In this document: piece after piece, positions 60,119 through 64,000 of the stretch
Layout: every line of letters starts with the position of its first letter
Position numbering within the stretch: position 1 is the first letter of the stretch
Source of the DNA: an uncultured Desulfatitalea sp.
GTDB lineage: Bacteria > Desulfobacterota > Desulfobacteria > Desulfobacterales > Desulfosarcinaceae
Length of the DNA: 64,000 nucleotides
Assembly (NCBI GenBank): GCA_963668675.2
Contig: CAXXMB010000001.1
Span: 1,248,001-1,312,000, forward strand
Direction of reading: 5' to 3'
The notes under the pieces: model-generated
Seen by the model: the letters and a program-made list of their open reading frames with translations, nothing else
Told to the model about the DNA's origin: nothing
The model's database searches: none
Made by a program: the position numbers and the translations under genes

Positions 60119-62224
60119 CTACTCAATCGACCTGCTCTCGGTCGAATTTATCAACAGGGTAATGGGCCGGTCCTCTTCGCTTCGGCTATCCAAAGCGATA
60201 GGCCCGGGACGACGATATTGATCCTCTCCAGGCTGCGCTGCCAGCCATTTTTCACGGAAAGCTTCCACCACGAGAAAAGCGGGAGAAGTCACATCCACCA
60301 GGCTCTTTTCCAGCACCAGGGTCAGACGCCCCTTGCGCTCCTCAAGGCGCATCAGCGGTGCAATGGGAACCCCCAGCGGTTCCCAATGGTCGAATCCATG
60401 CTCAAGGTTCCGTATGGCAGCCATTTGTCCCGTCGCCCCGCCTGCGATCAGGCTGAATACGGTGAGTCCCAGATTGTAGCCGTAGTTGCAGTCAAACATG
60501 GTCGGATCGGTCCCTCGGCCGTCGTATCCGTAAAAATGAGACTGGGTTTTAAACTTAGGGACGGATTGGCCGTATATCTTCTCTATCACCTGAGGAAGGT
60601 GCTCATCTGCCCCCATGGCACCGGCCTGCACCAGCTCATTTCTCAAGGTGCGCATGGATATGATGTTCTCCTTGACCATGAGATACTTATCATCGCCATA
60701 GTTTTCGAACAAAATCGGTCCGTAGTAGCCTGGCTCCAGACCAGCTCTTTTCAACGTCTTTTCATAGTATCCCGCTTCAATTCCAATTTTGTATTTTCCC
60801 TGGTCCCGCAAAATTTTCAGATAATCCTTCACCAACTCGAGCAGTACTTTTTCGGTCGGGACCTGGGAGAACTGGAAGTTGCCATGACTGTCCCGCTCAG
60901 TGAGCAACCCCTCCTGAAAAAAAGCGGGCAAATCGTTAAATAGTTCATCATCGCGCGAATTCCAGATATTGGGGGCCAACCCACGAGGAGCATCCCTGAC
61001 CAGATTTCTCAAATAATCCAGCTTTTGATCCAGCAGTGGGAAACTGGCGTGAAAATCACTGTCATGGGTCGTGTTGTATTCGGCGATAATCGTGTTGAGC
61101 TTAATGATGAACACCTCGATTTCATTAATAAACTCCAAAATACCCTCAGGGATGACGACGATACCGTAATTTTTGCCGACGGCCGCCCGCCGCACCACCG
61201 CGTCACAAATCAGGCGAGACAGATGGCGCAACGTCATGCCGTATGCGGTATAATCAACAGCCCCCTCCGATTCGGCTCTCTCCAGCCGCTGGGAATCCAC
61301 ATAATCGGCCAAGTCCTCTCCAATGAGGGTAAGATTGGCGTGAGTCTGCAACGCCACCTCCAGGGCCAGGTGGCTGGCCACTCGCCCCATCACCCGACAT
61401 ACATGCCAATATTTGATGTCCGAGCTGCTGTCGTTGCTCAAGTTACTGATCTCCAGTGCAAAAGCACGCGCCGCGGAGTGAAATCCGAAAGAGACGGCAC
61501 AAAGAACGTTGCTGTCTGCATCGCGGACCTGGATATCGCCGTCGATGGTCTTGGGCACGCCGATCACCTGGACCTTGTCCTTATGCAGCTCTTGGGCCAG
61601 AAAAGCTGCGTTGGTGTTCGAATCATCCCCCCCCACCACCACCAAGGCATCCAACCCCAGCGCTAAAATATTCTCTTTTGCATAGGCCATCTTTTTATCG
61701 GTATCGATCTTCGTGCGACCGGTTTTGATCATTGTGAATCCACCCATGTTGCGATGGGCATTCACAAGATCGTCATTGAGCTCCACATATTCATTTTCGA
61801 TAATGCCATCCGGCCCGACCAGAAAGCCGTAAATATGCGAATCCGAATTGGCTTTCTTTGCAGCATCGTAAAGCCCGGCAATGACATTGTGGCCGCCCGG
61901 GGCAGGGCCTCCCGAAAAGACGATTCCAATATTGCGAGGGCGTTGAAATGACTCGGCAAGTGAAAGATCGGCATCCTCGACGGAGGTGATGGTTTGAACC
62001 CTGTTGCCTATAATATCAGGCAATTGTTTCTTCGCCTCGGGATCGATGTCAAAACGGTATGTATCAACCTCAGAGACTCGAGTCACACTTCCTTCAAATG
62101 CGCTGCAAATTAGAGGCATATAGGCCCTGCGCTCCAATACCGACTCACTGACGGGTGAGGTGATACGTTGGATCTCCGACTTTTTTAACAGTTCACGAAC
62201 ATCAACACGCTTTTGGTCTGACAC
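60119..62224 (-). CDS. pfp: Pyrophosphate-dependent 6-phosphofructokinase
   Basis: FSGGPAPGGHNV, GGDDSNTNA and PKTIDGD (PPi-type signatures), MGRVASH; GTG start after AGGGAGG. Confidence 0.88.
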   Translation of the reverse strand: MSDQKRVDVRELLKKSEIQRITSPVSESVLERRAYMPLICSAFEGSVTRVSEVDTYRFDIDPEAKKQLPDIIGNRVQTITSVEDADLSLAESFQRPRNIGIVFSGGPAPGGHNVIAGLYDAAKKANSDSHIYGFLVGPDGIIENEYVELNDDLVNAHRNMGGFTMIKTGRTKIDTDKKMAYAKENILALGLDALVVVGGDDSNTNAAFLAQELHKDKVQVIGVPKTIDGDIQVRDADSNVLCAVSFGFHSAARAFALEISNLSNDSSSDIKYWHVCRVMGRVASHLALEVALQTHANLTLIGEDLADYVDSQRLERAESEGAVDYTAYGMTLRHLSRLICDAVVRRAAVGKNYGIVVIPEGILEFINEIEVFIIKLNTIIAEYNTTHDSDFHASFPLLDQKLDYLRNLVRDAPRGLAPNIWNSRDDELFNDLPAFFQEGLLTERDSHGNFQFSQVPTEKVLLELVKDYLKILRDQGKYKIGIEAGYYEKTLKRAGLEPGYYGPILFENYGDDKYLMVKENIISMRTLRNELVQAGAMGADEHLPQVIEKIYGQSVPKFKTQSHFYGYDGRGTDPTMFDCNYGYNLGLTVFSLIAGGATGQMAAIRNLEHGFDHWEPLGVPIAPLMRLEERKGRLTLVLEKSLVDVTSPAFLVVEAFREKWLAAQPGEDQYRRPGPIALDSRSEEDRPITLLINSTESRSIE

Positions 62225-62581
62225 GGGGACCTCCCTGAACTAAATGTAACCGATGGATGGATTTGCAAAAAGAGGCGCTGCATGGTCTGCCCTCTCTGAA
62301 GATCTCTTTTTAATACCGGCCCTTGCGCCGGCAAGTCAAGCGAATTACTCTCCCAATCGCTTCTCGTCTATGGCAAAAGGGGTCAACGCACGCCCATCGC
62401 CTAAAGAACAGGCGCACTGTTTCGCCGAAAAGGTCCAAACACCAGATATTGTATATCATATAATATTTTAACACCTTCCCTTGGGCTTTTTGCTTTACAA
62501 CGACACCAGGTCTTGATATTAAAAAGTCGTTAATCAACCAAACCAACCCGTAGTGAAAGCCCCTGACCGGAGGCCGACTCC

Positions 62582-64000
62582 ATGAAGATCAGAAAATTGG
62601 ATATTGTTGGTTTCAAGTCGTTTTTAGACAAGGCCAGCATCGCTTTTCCACCCGGCATCTCGGCTATCGTGGGGCCGAACGGATGTGGAAAAAGCAACGT
62701 GATCGATGCCTTTCGCTGGGTAATGGGCGAACAGAGCGTCAAGCAACTGCGCGGCAAAAGCAAGGAAGATATCATCTTTTCCGGCGCCAACGGTAAGCCC
62801 CCCCTGAACATGGCCGAGGTGACGATTACCTTGGCCAATGACAACGGCAATGCCCCCGAGGAGTTTCGCGACTACTCGGAAATCAGCGTTACCCGCAGGC
62901 TTTTCAGATCGGGTGAAAGCGCCTATCTGATCAACAGACAACCCTGCCGCCTGAAAGATATCTACAACCTCTTCATGGGCAGCGGTGTGGGTACGAGGAC
63001 CTTCGCCATCATCCAACAGGGCAATATAGGTGCGATCATAGATGCCGGACCGGAGGAACGGCGCCTTTTCTTAGAAGAGGCCGCTGGAGTCACCCGATAT
63101 AAATTTCGTAAGAATGAAGCGTTGCGCAAAGTAAAGTCCACCGAACAAAACCTGCTGCGCCTGAACGATATCATCTCCGAAGTCAATCGCCAGATGGCCG
63201 GTTTGCGACGCCAGGCTAAAAAAGCAGAGCGGTATAGGAACTATCACGACCGCGTCAAGACCATCGACACAAGACTCCTGCTTCACTATTTCGATGATTT
63301 CAGCAACCAGATTCATGAGTCGGAGTCGTTTGTCAAAGAGCTTAAGGATGCCGACCTGGCCCATGTCACCCAACTCAAGAAAATGGATGCGGCAGTCGAG
63401 GAGATCAAACTCAAACGCTGGCAAAAAAACCAGGAGATCGCTGCCCAGAAAAACAGTCGCTTCGAAAATCAGCGCAACATCGATCGCCTCGAGACACAAA
63501 GGGAGCACCTTAAGAGTGAAGCGAGTCGGCTGAGCGGAGAGATTGAAGCCCTGGAACAGGCCGAACAGGATTTGGTTGCCAAATCGGCCACTATCGGTGG
63601 CGAGATCGGTCAGGTCGAAGCACAAAACCAGCGCTTGCAGTCCAATGTGACCACCATCAGATCCGATATTGAAAAGGAACGCAGCGCCACCCATGCCCTT
63701 CAGGAGGAGTTGAGCAACCTCAATCGTGTATCGGAAGAGAACAAAAACAGTCTCATGAGCCTGGTGGCGGAGGAGGCCCGTTATAAAAACATCTACCAAA
63801 CGGTCTCCAACAACAAAGAAAATTTAAAGCGGCGCCTTGTGCGCATTGACGAAGAGGTGGCCCTGTCGTCCAAAAAGGTGGGCATGATCGAAAGTGAGCA
63901 CACCGAGGCGCAACAGCACCTTGAAGAAACCAAAGCGATCATCGAAGGGTATGATGCTCAAATCAATGACCTGAAAACCGCTCTTTCCGAACAGTCGACC
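62582..64000 (+). CDS. smc: Chromosome segregation protein SMC (5' part, runs off window)
   Basis: Translation from ATG 62582: MKIRKLDIVGFKSF...IVGPNGCGKSNVIDAFRWVMGEQSVKQLRG, IIQQG and EEAAGV, then coiled coil. Absent from the ORF track because it has no stop in the window. Confidence 0.95.
   Translation, partial: MKIRKLDIVGFKSFLDKASIAFPPGISAIVGPNGCGKSNVIDAFRWVMGEQSVKQLRGKSKEDIIFSGANGKPPLNMAEVTITLANDNGNAPEEFRDYSEISVTRRLFRSGESAYLINRQPCRLKDIYNLFMGSGVGTRTFAIIQQGNIGAIIDAGPEERRLFLEEAAGVTRYKFRKNEALRKVKSTEQNLLRLNDIISEVNRQMAGLRRQAKKAERYRNYHDRVKTIDTRLLLHYFDDFSNQIHESESFVKELKDADLAHVTQLKKMDAAVEEIKLKRWQKNQEIAAQKNSRFENQRNIDRLETQREHLKSEASRLSGEIEALEQAEQDLVAKSATIGGEIGQVEAQNQRLQSNVTTIRSDIEKERSATHALQEELSNLNRVSEENKNSLMSLVAEEARYKNIYQTVSNNKENLKRRLVRIDEEVALSSKKVGMIESEHTEAQQHLEETKAIIEGYDAQINDLKTALSEQST

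Overview
A 64 kb chromosomal segment, probably from a sulfate-reducing Desulfobacterota (Desulfobacterales-like) genome; this is inferred from the ahbC-hemB-ahbD heme genes, fused PurSL, short EF-Ts and mglBA. The left half (1-33 kb) is mostly housekeeping: a DUF6502/DUF5666/DUF4382 lipoprotein trio, acyl-CoA and SDR enzymes, purQ-purSL, the rpsB-tsf-pyrH-frr-uppS-cdsA-dxr-rseP cluster, rho-rpmE-prfA-prmC, adk, rpsU, folC, tRNA-Arg(CCG), a ClpX-like ATPase and ahbC-hemB-ahbD. The right half (33-60 kb) is a dense signalling region. It holds PilZ/cNMP proteins, a FlhG/MinD ATPase, mglB-mglA, a NitT/TauT ABC transporter with TauE and a HAMP-only membrane protein, and an atypical chemosensory cluster. 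That cluster has three CheB-like proteins, each with a broken catalytic triad, and no CheR or MCP in the window. Its CheA carries three Hpt/pseudo-Hpt modules, two of which are an apparently identical 810-bp duplication. A hybrid histidine kinase and sigma54 activator are followed by enhancer-like palindromes, a -24/-12 promoter and a ~180-nt ORF-poor unit ending in a stem plus U6, which is a candidate undescribed sRNA. The window ends with pfp and the 5' part of smc. I saw no CRISPR array, integrase or transposase. All family assignments come from motif recognition, not database searches.
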